DNA of 64,000 nt from Lachnospiraceae bacterium (GCA_015057375.1 SVEM01000003.1:10778-74777); one strand, 5' to 3'; shown: positions 42,610 through 51,427, counted from the first letter of the stretch. Numbers and translations: made by a program. The notes: generated by a model not told the origin, from the letters alone.

Positions 42610-42636
42610 GACGGAATTGGAGAGCTATTCGTTACA
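42610..42636 (-). promoter_or_regulatory. ECF-sigma-type promoter
   Basis: Minus strand TGTAAC-N17-CGTC upstream of the DUF4358-MBOAT-DHHW operon. Confidence 0.6.
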
Positions 42637-42664
42637 TGAAATGAAAAAATTTTTGTAGAAGATT

Positions 42665-43564
42665 TTATAGATATAAGTCGCCTTGAGTATATCCGTTTTT
42701 CCACATTTTTTTGTGGAGGGTATTAAGGACAACTTTTTTGTTTGTTGACCATCTGGGAGATATAAGAATGTCTTTTGGACCGTCGCCCGTAACACGGTGC
42801 AGTGAAATCTGTGGCGGAATTATGCGCAGACAACTAATAACAATGTCAATATATTCATCCATTGTCATGGTTTCAAATAATCCGCTATTATAATCATCAG
42901 CCAAATCTGTGTGTTCAAGAACATGGAGAAGCTGCAGCTTTATTCCGAAAGGATTCTTACTGCAAACATAAGATACCGTATCAAGCATCATCTCAGGAGT
43001 TTCATTTGGAAGTCCGAGTATGATGTGTGTAATATACGGAATGTTGCAGTCATTGAGTTTGGCTACTGCCTCGTCATATACTGACAGAGCATAGTGTCTT
43101 CTTATATATTTGGCAGTATGTTCGTGAATTGTTTGAAGACCGAGTTCAATCCATATGAACTTGCCGGATTCGCTGTATTCATTTTGTAATGTAGTGAGCA
43201 GTTCCATAACGGAATCTGAAAGGCAGTCAGGTCTTGTTCCGATAGAAATGCCGATAACATTGTCAGGAGCAAGTGCCTGGCGGTATATGCTTTCAAGATA
43301 ATCTATATCTCCGTATGTGTTGGTAAATGCCTGAAAATACACGATATAATTATTGTCAGAGTTATCACGGACAGTTTGAAGGGCAGAAGATATGTTGCAT
43401 GCAAAGTCGCCGCTTCCGCCTGCGCTGCAGAATATACAGCCGCGTGAATCTAAAGTACCGTCACGGTTAGGGCAGGTAAGCCCTGCGTTAACGGAAACTT
43501 TGAAACACTTCTTTCCATATGTGCTTTTTAAATAATCATTTAACGTGTAATAAGGTTTATCCAT
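42665..43564 (-). CDS. TIGR01212 family radical SAM protein (YhcC/YtqA-like)
   Basis: TCPNRDG...GCIFC, YFQAFTNTY, GTRPDC, ELGLQT. Confidence 0.92.
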   Translation of the reverse strand: MDKPYYTLNDYLKSTYGKKCFKVSVNAGLTCPNRDGTLDSRGCIFCSAGGSGDFACNISSALQTVRDNSDNNYIVYFQAFTNTYGDIDYLESIYRQALAPDNVIGISIGTRPDCLSDSVMELLTTLQNEYSESGKFIWIELGLQTIHEHTAKYIRRHYALSVYDEAVAKLNDCNIPYITHIILGLPNETPEMMLDTVSYVCSKNPFGIKLQLLHVLEHTDLADDYNSGLFETMTMDEYIDIVISCLRIIPPQISLHRVTGDGPKDILISPRWSTNKKVVLNTLHKKMWKNGYTQGDLYL

Positions 43565-43566
43565 AA

Positions 43567-45327
43567 TTAATTCGGTACAGAAACATTCAGTTTCTGTGTA
43601 AGAGTTGTTGTGCCGGCAGTTGTTGTTACTTTTGCCTTATAAGTTACTTTGTATATGGTATGAGTTTCAGTACGTTCTAACTTTTCGCGAGATGTTTTTA
43701 CTGAATACTTTACTTTCTTTCCGGTCTCTTTGGAACGCACGGTTATGAAGCTACAAAGAGCTTTTTCTTTTGTTATGTCATTTATCTGTGGTGCAGGATT
43801 AAGTACTTCGATGTAAACCTCTTCATACTTTATTTTCTCAGACAGTGAAGTTGCATTTCCGGCAAGGTCTGTAAGTGTGTATGTGACTTTTAAGACACCG
43901 CCCTGTTTTTTGATGCTTACTTTGACGTCATTTTTGCCGATAGAAGCTTTGTCATCCTCTGCGGTTTTTATTCTTTTTCTTGCATAGCTTTCGGTAAATG
44001 AAACCGATACCGGCAAGGTTGTTTCAAGGTTTGAACGAAGCTCAAGCACAGGCGCTTCATTATCTTCGTAAACTCTTACGTTAAGCACCGTGGTGTGGTT
44101 ATAATCGTCTTTTGCAGTAAGGACAGCTTTACCGTCAGAATATGAAACCTTAAGGTATTTGTTCTTGTCAAGCTTATCTCCGTTATCAGTTACTGTGACC
44201 TTGTCAGCCAAAGACTGTGCAGTAACATTATCTATATTTTTAACGTAATATTTTTCAGGCAGACCTGTTATGACAGGTTTTTGTGTATCAGCTACTGTGA
44301 TTGTAGCAGTCTCTTTGAACTTCTTTCCGCTTGAATCGGTAAATGAATATGTCAGGCTGTAAGTGCCTGTTTTATCGGGATCGACTTTTCCTTTAACCTT
44401 TATTTCAGATGAAGGAAGTGCGTAAAGTTTTTTGTCAAATGCAACTATATTTTCATATATGTTAAATGAACTTCCGCGTTCAACCGTGCGGTCTGCAACA
44501 CCGATAAGTCCGCTTTTCTTTCTCTTGAGAGGGTTTCGCTTGTCAGGGTCTGTAGGGTCCCATCTGAAGCCGGATACAAGGCTGACAGGTGCAGGCTTTC
44601 CGAGTGGTCCCGGATCAGGGCTGTTGTATATGACAACCGTGGTTCCGGATGGGCAGTTTTCCATAATCCACTTGGCATCACGAACGCACAAACGGACACA
44701 ACCTGCGGATGCAGTACGTCCAAGCTGATTGTAGTAACTTGTTATAAGTGTATCTTTCTTGTATGTGTCGTAAGGTACAGAGTGGAAAAGTATGTCTCCT
44801 GTAATTCGGGTTGCATACTGGGCCCACACCTTATGAATCATGGCTTTCCAGTGATACTTTGTAGATGTTTTAAATGTACCGAGAGGTGTCGCGCTTCCGG
44901 CAGAGCATACAAATGAGTATACAGGCTTTTTGTACTCGCCTTTTTTGTTGCGCTTGTAAACAGTTATGCAGTTCATCTGTTTATTTACATGAATCTCATA
45001 CGGCATAACCTTAGGTGTGTCCTCAGGCTCGGTATAAATCATGTTTCCACCGCTTATACTCACGTAATCCCATGTGTCAGGATCCATAGTCGGAGTAGGA
45101 GTTTTGGTCGGCTTGGCAGGCTTTGCTGTTTCGCTTACTGTGCCATCCGATGAAGGGACATCTGCTTCGGATTGAGTATCCGCATCCTCTTTATTCTCGC
45201 TTGGCGGATAAGAAACCGAAACGGTATTATCATTATTGGAAACAGGGGCAGAAGAGCAGCCCTGCAACAATATCACAAAAAATAAGACAGTAATATGTAA
45301 TAAATATCTTTTCATAGCTCTTAACAA
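43567..45327 (-). CDS. L,D-transpeptidase (YkuD) lipoprotein with Ig-like repeats
   Basis: Lipobox LQGC; ILFHSVPY...LG..ASAGCVRL; DTQKPVI/DNEAPVL repeats. Confidence 0.88.
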   Translation of the reverse strand: MLRAMKRYLLHITVLFFVILLQGCSSAPVSNNDNTVSVSYPPSENKEDADTQSEADVPSSDGTVSETAKPAKPTKTPTPTMDPDTWDYVSISGGNMIYTEPEDTPKVMPYEIHVNKQMNCITVYKRNKKGEYKKPVYSFVCSAGSATPLGTFKTSTKYHWKAMIHKVWAQYATRITGDILFHSVPYDTYKKDTLITSYYNQLGRTASAGCVRLCVRDAKWIMENCPSGTTVVIYNSPDPGPLGKPAPVSLVSGFRWDPTDPDKRNPLKRKKSGLIGVADRTVERGSSFNIYENIVAFDKKLYALPSSEIKVKGKVDPDKTGTYSLTYSFTDSSGKKFKETATITVADTQKPVITGLPEKYYVKNIDNVTAQSLADKVTVTDNGDKLDKNKYLKVSYSDGKAVLTAKDDYNHTTVLNVRVYEDNEAPVLELRSNLETTLPVSVSFTESYARKRIKTAEDDKASIGKNDVKVSIKKQGGVLKVTYTLTDLAGNATSLSEKIKYEEVYIEVLNPAPQINDITKEKALCSFITVRSKETGKKVKYSVKTSREKLERTETHTIYKVTYKAKVTTTAGTTTLTQKLNVSVPN

Positions 45328-45468
45328 ATTTCTCCTTTGTATAACTATATTCCTATAATAAAATATTATACTTGTCTTATGTAGTCAATTGTAATTTTTG
45401 TAAAAATGAACATTATGTCGAATTATGCATATATTGTAAGTGTTAACACATATAAAAAGGTTTGAAAT

Positions 45469-46242
45469 ATGGTCGGAGCAATATATGCATTTATCGGAAC
45501 GTTATTTACATTTCTTATAACTACGCTTGGTGCGGCAAATGTTTTTTTTGTCAAACAGCACAGAAATGAAGATATTCAAAAGGTATTTCTCGGGTTTGCG
45601 GCGGGAGTAATGACAGCCGCGTCGATATGGTCACTTCTTATCCCTGCAACGAATGAAGCCGAGAAAAACGGACAGATAAGCTTTATTGTGGTGCCGGCAG
45701 GGTTTATCATAGGTGTAGTTATTTTGCTCCTTCTTGACAGATTTGTAAAGAAGAGGGAGTTTGAAAAGCTGAGTATAAAAAAGAATACTTTTATGATGAT
45801 TGTAGCGATAACTATTCATAACATACCGGAGGGCATGGCTATCGGTCTTGCATTTTCGCTTGCCGCTCAGAATAACATGGATAGCGGACTTTTTATGGGA
45901 GCTGTGTGTCTTGCCATAGGAATCGGAATACAGAATTATCCTGAAGGGGCAGCTGTTGCACTACCTTTGAAGGGAGAAGGGTTGAGTAGGAAAAAGGCGT
46001 TTTTGCTCGGCAGCATGTCGGCTGTGGTTGAGCCGGTGTTCGGCGTACTTGCCGCGCTGTTTGCCGGACTTATCGTGCCTGCGTTCCCGCTTCTTCTGTC
46101 ACTGGCAGCAGGAACCATGATATATGTCGTTGTTGAGGAACTTATACCGCAGGCGCACATGAGTGAGAAAGACACTATCGGCACGCTCGGGTTCATAGTG
46201 GGATTTTTACTTATGATGATACTTGATGTGGCGGTGGGGTAG
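45469..46242 (+). CDS. ZIP family metal transporter
   Basis: GFAAGVM, HNIPEG, IQNYPEG, AAGTMIYVVVEELIP. Confidence 0.93.
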   Translation: MVGAIYAFIGTLFTFLITTLGAANVFFVKQHRNEDIQKVFLGFAAGVMTAASIWSLLIPATNEAEKNGQISFIVVPAGFIIGVVILLLLDRFVKKREFEKLSIKKNTFMMIVAITIHNIPEGMAIGLAFSLAAQNNMDSGLFMGAVCLAIGIGIQNYPEGAAVALPLKGEGLSRKKAFLLGSMSAVVEPVFGVLAALFAGLIVPAFPLLLSLAAGTMIYVVVEELIPQAHMSEKDTIGTLGFIVGFLLMMILDVAVG

Positions 46243-46478
46243 GTGGGCATTCTCAGAGAAATGTGAGTGATTATGCCCACGCGGAAGCATTTTGCGGGCA
46301 AAAATTGGTGGAAATGGGCATAGTGGCTTGGTGCAAAGTTAATTATGCCCACATATTTTTGAAAACATGGGCATTTTCTGTGGATGCAGATATATTTGTG
46401 CCCATACGTATCGTTTAAAGTTATACGTTGCGAGTGAAAATAGGCATAAACTAACATATCATCAACAATTATACCCAT
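46243..46478. repeat. Array of four 38-39-bp inverted-arm units (RTGGGCAT-N22/23-ATGCCCAY)
   Basis: Units 46243-46280, 46314-46352, 46367-46405, 46440-46478; linkers 33/14/34 bp. Confidence 0.85.
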
Positions 46479-47249
46479 TTAAAGAAAATAGTGTTCAATA
46501 ATTTTGTTGATAGTATCAACATCAATCGGATTTTCTTTGGTTTCATAAGTTGTAATTAGGTGGATTGCGGGCAAGATACCATGCGAAGAGTAAAGTTGTA
46601 ATTTTGAAAAAGCATTTTTAGAATAATTTGGATCGTCCATTAATCCAAAATGTTCCCAGTAGTAAATGTTACCCGTTTTGGGATGCCGAATAGTAAAATC
46701 AGGGAATAGTGTAAGTTCCCCCAAATACAAGGCACATTCATAGCGGAAGGGAATTTTGTTTGTATATAAAAGCATATCAATGATTGCCTCAGATTTGGAA
46801 CGAAGCAAATGACCGGAAATACTTTTATGTACTAAATGCTCTGGATGTTTGGGATTATGCTCATAAGATGCGTGCATCCAGTCAGACAAATCTTGAGATA
46901 ATGGCGTAAAATATGAAGATAATAAAGATTGAAATTCAGGATGATTCAATAATTCATTTGCATTGGATTTGTTAGAATGATTTTTTGAAAAAAACTCGAT
47001 TGCGTGTTGTTCTTGATTTAGATCTGTTAAAAGTGAATTTAGATATTTTCTGAGTGCAAGTTGACTTGCAAGAGTTTTTTGTTTTTTGGGAATGTAAGAA
47101 TACGTATGCTCGTTTCTTTGATACCATTTGTAATACTTGCCATTTTTAGTACAGATGATATTTCCAGGTGGCAAACTTTGTAGTTGTTGCTCGATTTTCT
47201 TGATTTGTAATTTGTTTTTATTATATTGATTTTGAATTTGAGTGTAAAT
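46479..47249 (-). CDS. PD-(D/E)XK/DUF559-Vsr-like putative endonuclease with N-terminal coiled coil
   Basis: RSKSE..I...L, FRYE, PDFTI, YWEHFG; frame open upstream of 47174 to a GAGGAGG RBS and ATT 47249. Confidence 0.75.
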   Translation of the reverse strand: MYTQIQNQYNKNKLQIKKIEQQLQSLPPGNIICTKNGKYYKWYQRNEHTYSYIPKKQKTLASQLALRKYLNSLLTDLNQEQHAIEFFSKNHSNKSNANELLNHPEFQSLLSSYFTPLSQDLSDWMHASYEHNPKHPEHLVHKSISGHLLRSKSEAIIDMLLYTNKIPFRYECALYLGELTLFPDFTIRHPKTGNIYYWEHFGLMDDPNYSKNAFSKLQLYSSHGILPAIHLITTYETKENPIDVDTINKIIEHYFL

Positions 47250-47397
47250 AGATATTAGCCTCCTCTTTAGTTATTGTGTTTAAGCCAGCACCCAATTTTA
47301 AATATGAGTATACTAAACGTATACTTATTTTGCAAGGATGATTTTTGTTGACAAGATATTCTAGTGAGAAGATAATGTTGGTATAGGAGGTTATAGT

Positions 47398-47988
47398 GTG
47401 AAATATCCTGAAATAAGTATTAGAAACACAGAGGTAGATTTGATTATTGACAGTCAAGGAAATGAAATATCAAGAGTTCTTGATTACTGGAAGTGGGCTC
47501 ATTCATGTTTAATAGATAATGCTGAGCGTGGGACATTTGCTGAGTATTTAGTGGCATGTGCAATTGGCGGTATAGGATCAGGCAGGGTGAATTGGGATAA
47601 ATATGATTTGATTTCGGAAGAAGGTATAACTGTGGAGGTTAAGACATCCGCATATATTCAGACATGGGGACAAGAAAAATTATCTTCGATTCGTTTTGGA
47701 ATTCGTAAAACCCGCGGCTATAATTCGTATAATAATTCATATGATTCTGATAAAAAAAGACAAGCTCAAGTTTATGTTTTCTGTGTTCATGCTGAAAAAC
47801 AACAGGAAAAAGTGAATGTGCTTGATACCACACAATGGAAGTTTTACGTTTTGTCCTCAAAAATATTGAATGAAGATAAACATTATTCAGATGCTGAATC
47901 TATAGGATTGGGACCATTAATAAAATTGGGTGCTGTGGAGTGTCAATATGAAGAATTATATAAAATAATTAAAGAACAAGCGGAATAA
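47398..47988 (+). CDS. Hypothetical restriction-endonuclease-fold protein
   Basis: RG.FAEYLV helix, WD.YDL...VEVK (D-EXK); GGAGG RBS, GTG start. Confidence 0.7.
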   Translation: MKYPEISIRNTEVDLIIDSQGNEISRVLDYWKWAHSCLIDNAERGTFAEYLVACAIGGIGSGRVNWDKYDLISEEGITVEVKTSAYIQTWGQEKLSSIRFGIRKTRGYNSYNNSYDSDKKRQAQVYVFCVHAEKQQEKVNVLDTTQWKFYVLSSKILNEDKHYSDAESIGLGPLIKLGAVECQYEELYKIIKEQAE

Positions 47989-48052
47989 TGGAAGAATAGA
48001 GTAATGGTGAACTGTTGGAAGAATCCAATAATAAGAAAGTTGAGGTAAACAT

Positions 48053-48550
48053 ATGAAAAAAGCTTTCTTGATTTTTATGGCATTGATTTTTGCTACAGGA
48101 TGTGGCTTGTTTTTACACACACTAGTCATATCAGAAGACCTTGCTTCAATTGTACCATGCTTACTTTCCTTTATATGCATGCTTTTAGTGGTTGTTCTTT
48201 TATGCAAGAAAAAAAGAGTGTATCACATATATGAAGACTATATTGTAATAGAGCAGAAAGGAAAGTCAGAGCAGCATATTAGAAAAAATGACGTAACATC
48301 CTTGAAATTTACATATGACTTATATTATGATCGTTCCGGACACCTTTTAGATCTGGGCAAGAGCCTTCGTCGTACAGATTTTAGCCGTAATGAATTGGTG
48401 AGAGTAAGTTTTAATATTCATAAAAAACGTTATCGTATTGAGGTAGATGAAAGTAATTATAGCGACATAGTTCTTTTTTTTGAGGGAATAGAAAGAAAGG
48501 AATCTACGAATTGGGTGTATTATTTGTTGGACTCCATTCGTTGGCATTAA
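48053..48550 (+). CDS. Hypothetical membrane protein (2 TM + soluble domain)
   Basis: GAGG RBS; two hydrophobic helices. Confidence 0.65.
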   Translation: MKKAFLIFMALIFATGCGLFLHTLVISEDLASIVPCLLSFICMLLVVVLLCKKKRVYHIYEDYIVIEQKGKSEQHIRKNDVTSLKFTYDLYYDRSGHLLDLGKSLRRTDFSRNELVRVSFNIHKKRYRIEVDESNYSDIVLFFEGIERKESTNWVYYLLDSIRWH

Positions 48551-48820
48551 GAGAAAGCCGGCTACACAACATGATAAGGTGTTTGAAAAGGCATCCTGAT
48601 ACGAGGACAAAAACAGGAAAAAGATAAATCTTACAAAAGATATTACTTATGAAAATGTTATAGATGTACTGAAAAAATTGTTATGTAATAGAAAATTTGA
48701 ATTTTCTGTTAAAAGTGGATAGGAAAAAGATGATCTATTTCAAATTGTAACGATATAAGTGTATCAGGTATACTTTAACTAAGCTTAGCTTAGCTAAAAA
48801 TACAGATTGGAGAGCATACA

Positions 48821-49255
48821 ATGGAAAAGTATTATACACTTAATGAAGTAGCAATGATGACAGGATTAACAACAAGAACGCTTAGAAATCACTTAAAAAT
48901 GAATGTGTTAAAAGGTGAGAAGTTTGATGGCGTTTGGAAATTTACAGAAGAGGAATTTGCAGAGTTTATTCAGAATCCTTATGTAAAGCCAAGTTTGCAA
49001 GCAAAAAATAAGGCTATTGTTTTTGATTTTTTAGCACAGAATGAAAAGCGAATAAATGAAATATGTACAATTATTGATGTGTTTGTAGATTCTCATGAGG
49101 CAGAAGAAATATCAACTTTCTTTTGTGAGGAAATAAATAAGAGAAATGAAGGTAATATAAATTTTTCTTTTGAAAAGAATGGTTCCTATATAAGAGTTAT
49201 TTTAAGAGGATATGAAGATGCTGTTATGGAAATTTTGAATGCTTATTATAACTAG
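48821..49255 (+). CDS. Helix-turn-helix (MerR/excisionase-like) domain protein
   Basis: YYTLNEVAMMTGLTTRTLRN...G.K..GVWKF. Confidence 0.8.
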   Translation: MEKYYTLNEVAMMTGLTTRTLRNHLKMNVLKGEKFDGVWKFTEEEFAEFIQNPYVKPSLQAKNKAIVFDFLAQNEKRINEICTIIDVFVDSHEAEEISTFFCEEINKRNEGNINFSFEKNGSYIRVILRGYEDAVMEILNAYYN

Positions 49256-49262
49256 GCACTTG

Positions 49263-49439
49263 AAACTTTCAGTTAGTAGGTGTATCGCCATGCCGACAGG
49301 TTCGTAAGCTATCGCTTACTCACTGTCGCGGCGTTCGCCGTATGCATCTTCGCGCGAATGCGCCTGCCTGTGTGCGAGCACTCGGCAGTCACCTTCGGCT
49401 CATCTGCGCATGGCTCATTGCTACGCGCAAACTTTCAGT
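49263..49439. mobile_element. GC-rich multi-hairpin insert flanked by 11-bp direct repeats (MITE/REP-like)
   Basis: AAACTTTCAGT at 49263-49273 and 49429-49439; several internal stems. Confidence 0.45.
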
Positions 49440-49487
49440 CTTGTGGCGAGATTAAAAACAGATGAATTGGAATTTGTAGGTTGCGAT

Positions 49488-49729
49488 ATGGCAGAGGTAT
49501 TAAATGCATCACAGAGCAGAAATTACAGAAGCAAAGCAGATGAAAGTGCAGTAGCAGATGTTTTGGAAGTGTATTCTGCCGGAACAGAAACAAAACCTGA
49601 AATCAATCAAGATGCAGTCAGAATTATGAAAGAAATGTATAGTATTGATATGAAGCAAACCCAGTATTCAAAATAATAATCAAGAAAATTGAAGAAAAAG
49701 TTTTAGAGTTAAGAGGCAAATACGAATAG
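49488..49729 (+). pseudogene. arsC: Decayed arsenate reductase (ArsC, LMW-PTP fold)
   Basis: YSAGTETKPEINQDAVRIMKEMY.IDM..TQYSK then stop; C-terminal IKKIEEKVLEL in another frame; CX5R loop and middle missing. Confidence 0.7.
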
Positions 49730-49742
49730 GAGTTTTTAATAA

Positions 49743-51221
49743 ATGACAAAAGCAGAATATTTAAAGCAAATTGATGAAGTGATTGAAAAAGGAAAATATA
49801 AAGATAACTGGGAATCTCTTTCCGGGCACCCTATTCCGGCGTGGTTTACCGCAGGAAAGTTGGGGATATTTATACATTTTGGCGTGTATAGTGTGCCGGG
49901 ATTTGGCAATGAATGGTATTCGAGAAGCATGTATGATCCTGCTTGCGGCGAATATGAACATCACATTAAAACATACGGACCACACAAAGACTTTGGTTAT
50001 AAGGATTTCATTCCTATGTTTAAGGCAGAAAAATTTGATGCCGGAGAGTGGGCAGATTTGTTTAAGGCAGCCGGAGTGAAATATGTAATGCCTGTCGCAG
50101 AACACCATGACGGATTTGCTATGTATGACACAGAATTTAACCGTTGGAATGCAAACAAGATGGGACCGTGCAAAGATATCGTAGGAGAACTTAAGGAAGC
50201 CTGCGAGGAAAGAAAAATGACATTCTGTGCATCTACTCACAGGGCGGAGCATTATTTCTTCATGAATATGGGAAGAACAATTGACAGCGATGTAAATGAC
50301 CCGGCTTATGAGGATTTTTATGGTCCTGCGGTGTATTGTCCGGAATTTCATTCTCATGATTTACATAAATTTACTGCCGATGTATACGAGAAAGGTGCGA
50401 GCAAAGAGTGGTTAGAGGACTGGCTTGTACGCACTTGTGAACTGGCTGACAAATATCAACCGCAAATTGTATACTTTGACTGGTGGATACATAATCATTC
50501 CTTTAAGCCTTATTTGAAGAAGTTTGCGGCATATTACTATAATCGCGGACTCGAATGGGGCAAAGAAGTGACCATAAACTATAAGCACGAGGCTTTTGCA
50601 CCTACTACTGCAGTTTTTGATGTGGAAAGAGGCGCTCTTGGCGGAATTTCACCAACACCATGGCAGACGGACACGGCCATTGCTAAGAATTCTTGGGGTT
50701 ATACCGACGGAAATGAATTCAAGAGCAGCAGACAGATTATCGGAGACTTGGTGGATATCGTCAGCAAAAATGGAAACCTGCTTCTAAACATCGGTCCTAA
50801 GCCTGACGGAACTATTACGCCTGAGGAGACGAAGGTGTTGCAGGATTTGGGTGCTTGGTTATCCATAAATGGCGAGGGCATCTATGAAACCACCTTCTGG
50901 AAGTGGTTTAAGGAAGGAGAAGTTAATATTAAGGAAGGATATTTCACGGACAATGACGAAAAGGCCTTTACCGAAAAAGACTTCCGCTTCACCTACAAGA
51001 AGGGTTGTCTGTATGCTTTCCAAATGAATCCTAACGGAGAACCTGCAAAAATCTGTACGCTGGCAAAAAGAAGCGGTCATGATTTTTTGATTCGCAATGT
51101 TACTTTGCTGGGAAGCAACAAATCTACGGAATATGAAAGAACCGAGGATGCACTTGTAATTCAAGTTAATGACGATGTAAATAAAGATCTGCCAATTTGC
51201 TTTAAGATTGAGCTGGGATAA
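49743..51221 (+). CDS. Alpha-L-fucosidase (GH29)
   Basis: KLGIFIHFGVYSVP, EWY, AEHHDGF, YFDW, IVSKNGNLLLNIGP. Confidence 0.93.
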   Translation: MTKAEYLKQIDEVIEKGKYKDNWESLSGHPIPAWFTAGKLGIFIHFGVYSVPGFGNEWYSRSMYDPACGEYEHHIKTYGPHKDFGYKDFIPMFKAEKFDAGEWADLFKAAGVKYVMPVAEHHDGFAMYDTEFNRWNANKMGPCKDIVGELKEACEERKMTFCASTHRAEHYFFMNMGRTIDSDVNDPAYEDFYGPAVYCPEFHSHDLHKFTADVYEKGASKEWLEDWLVRTCELADKYQPQIVYFDWWIHNHSFKPYLKKFAAYYYNRGLEWGKEVTINYKHEAFAPTTAVFDVERGALGGISPTPWQTDTAIAKNSWGYTDGNEFKSSRQIIGDLVDIVSKNGNLLLNIGPKPDGTITPEETKVLQDLGAWLSINGEGIYETTFWKWFKEGEVNIKEGYFTDNDEKAFTEKDFRFTYKKGCLYAFQMNPNGEPAKICTLAKRSGHDFLIRNVTLLGSNKSTEYERTEDALVIQVNDDVNKDLPICFKIELG

Positions 51222-51292
51222 GACAGGATAAGCATTGTCAGTAAAGAGAATGACTTGTCTAAATTCAAGTACATTCGCATTTGAAGTTTTGA

Positions 51293-51321
51293 TTGCATTT
51301 AATAATATTTTTGATTATAAT
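51293..51321 (+). promoter_or_regulatory. Sigma-A promoter of riboswitch-pnuC unit
   Basis: TTGCAT-N17-TATAAT. Confidence 0.65.
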
Positions 51322-51334
51322 ATTCAACGTTAAT

Positions 51335-51427
51335 ATAGAATGTAAACTGCCACCGGGTAGTAAATGTGAAAAGCATTTGTTTGTACATCGTTAGGTCTTT
51401 GAAGATGTGCATATGAATGCTTTTTTT
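51335..51427 (+). ncRNA. Guanidine-IV (GGAM-1/mepA motif) riboswitch
   Basis: ATAGAAT...ACTGCCACCGGGTAGT P1, then a long terminator stem whose loop carries TAGGTC, then T7 just before the RBS. Confidence 0.8.

Noticed and set aside
46243-46478. CRISPR array
   Set aside because: Only the 8-12-bp arms are conserved, unit interiors vary, spacing alternates, and there are no cas genes; reported as a different repeat type
46243-46478. TIGR-Tas array
   Set aside because: No box C/D-like motifs or uniform 36-nt period visible, and the adjacent protein shows no recognisable Nop domain
45936-46478. 180-aa minus-strand ORF running through the array
   Set aside because: No RBS, antisense to the ZIP gene and no protein-like motifs; its ATG is simply a repeat arm
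49280-49465. 61-aa ORF in the GC-rich insert
   Set aside because: No convincing homology; openness is expected from the high GC and the hairpin structure explains the sequence better
51335-51427. NAD+-II (pnuC motif) or preQ1 riboswitch
   Set aside because: The sequence fits the guanidine-IV P1 loop/terminator-loop pattern instead
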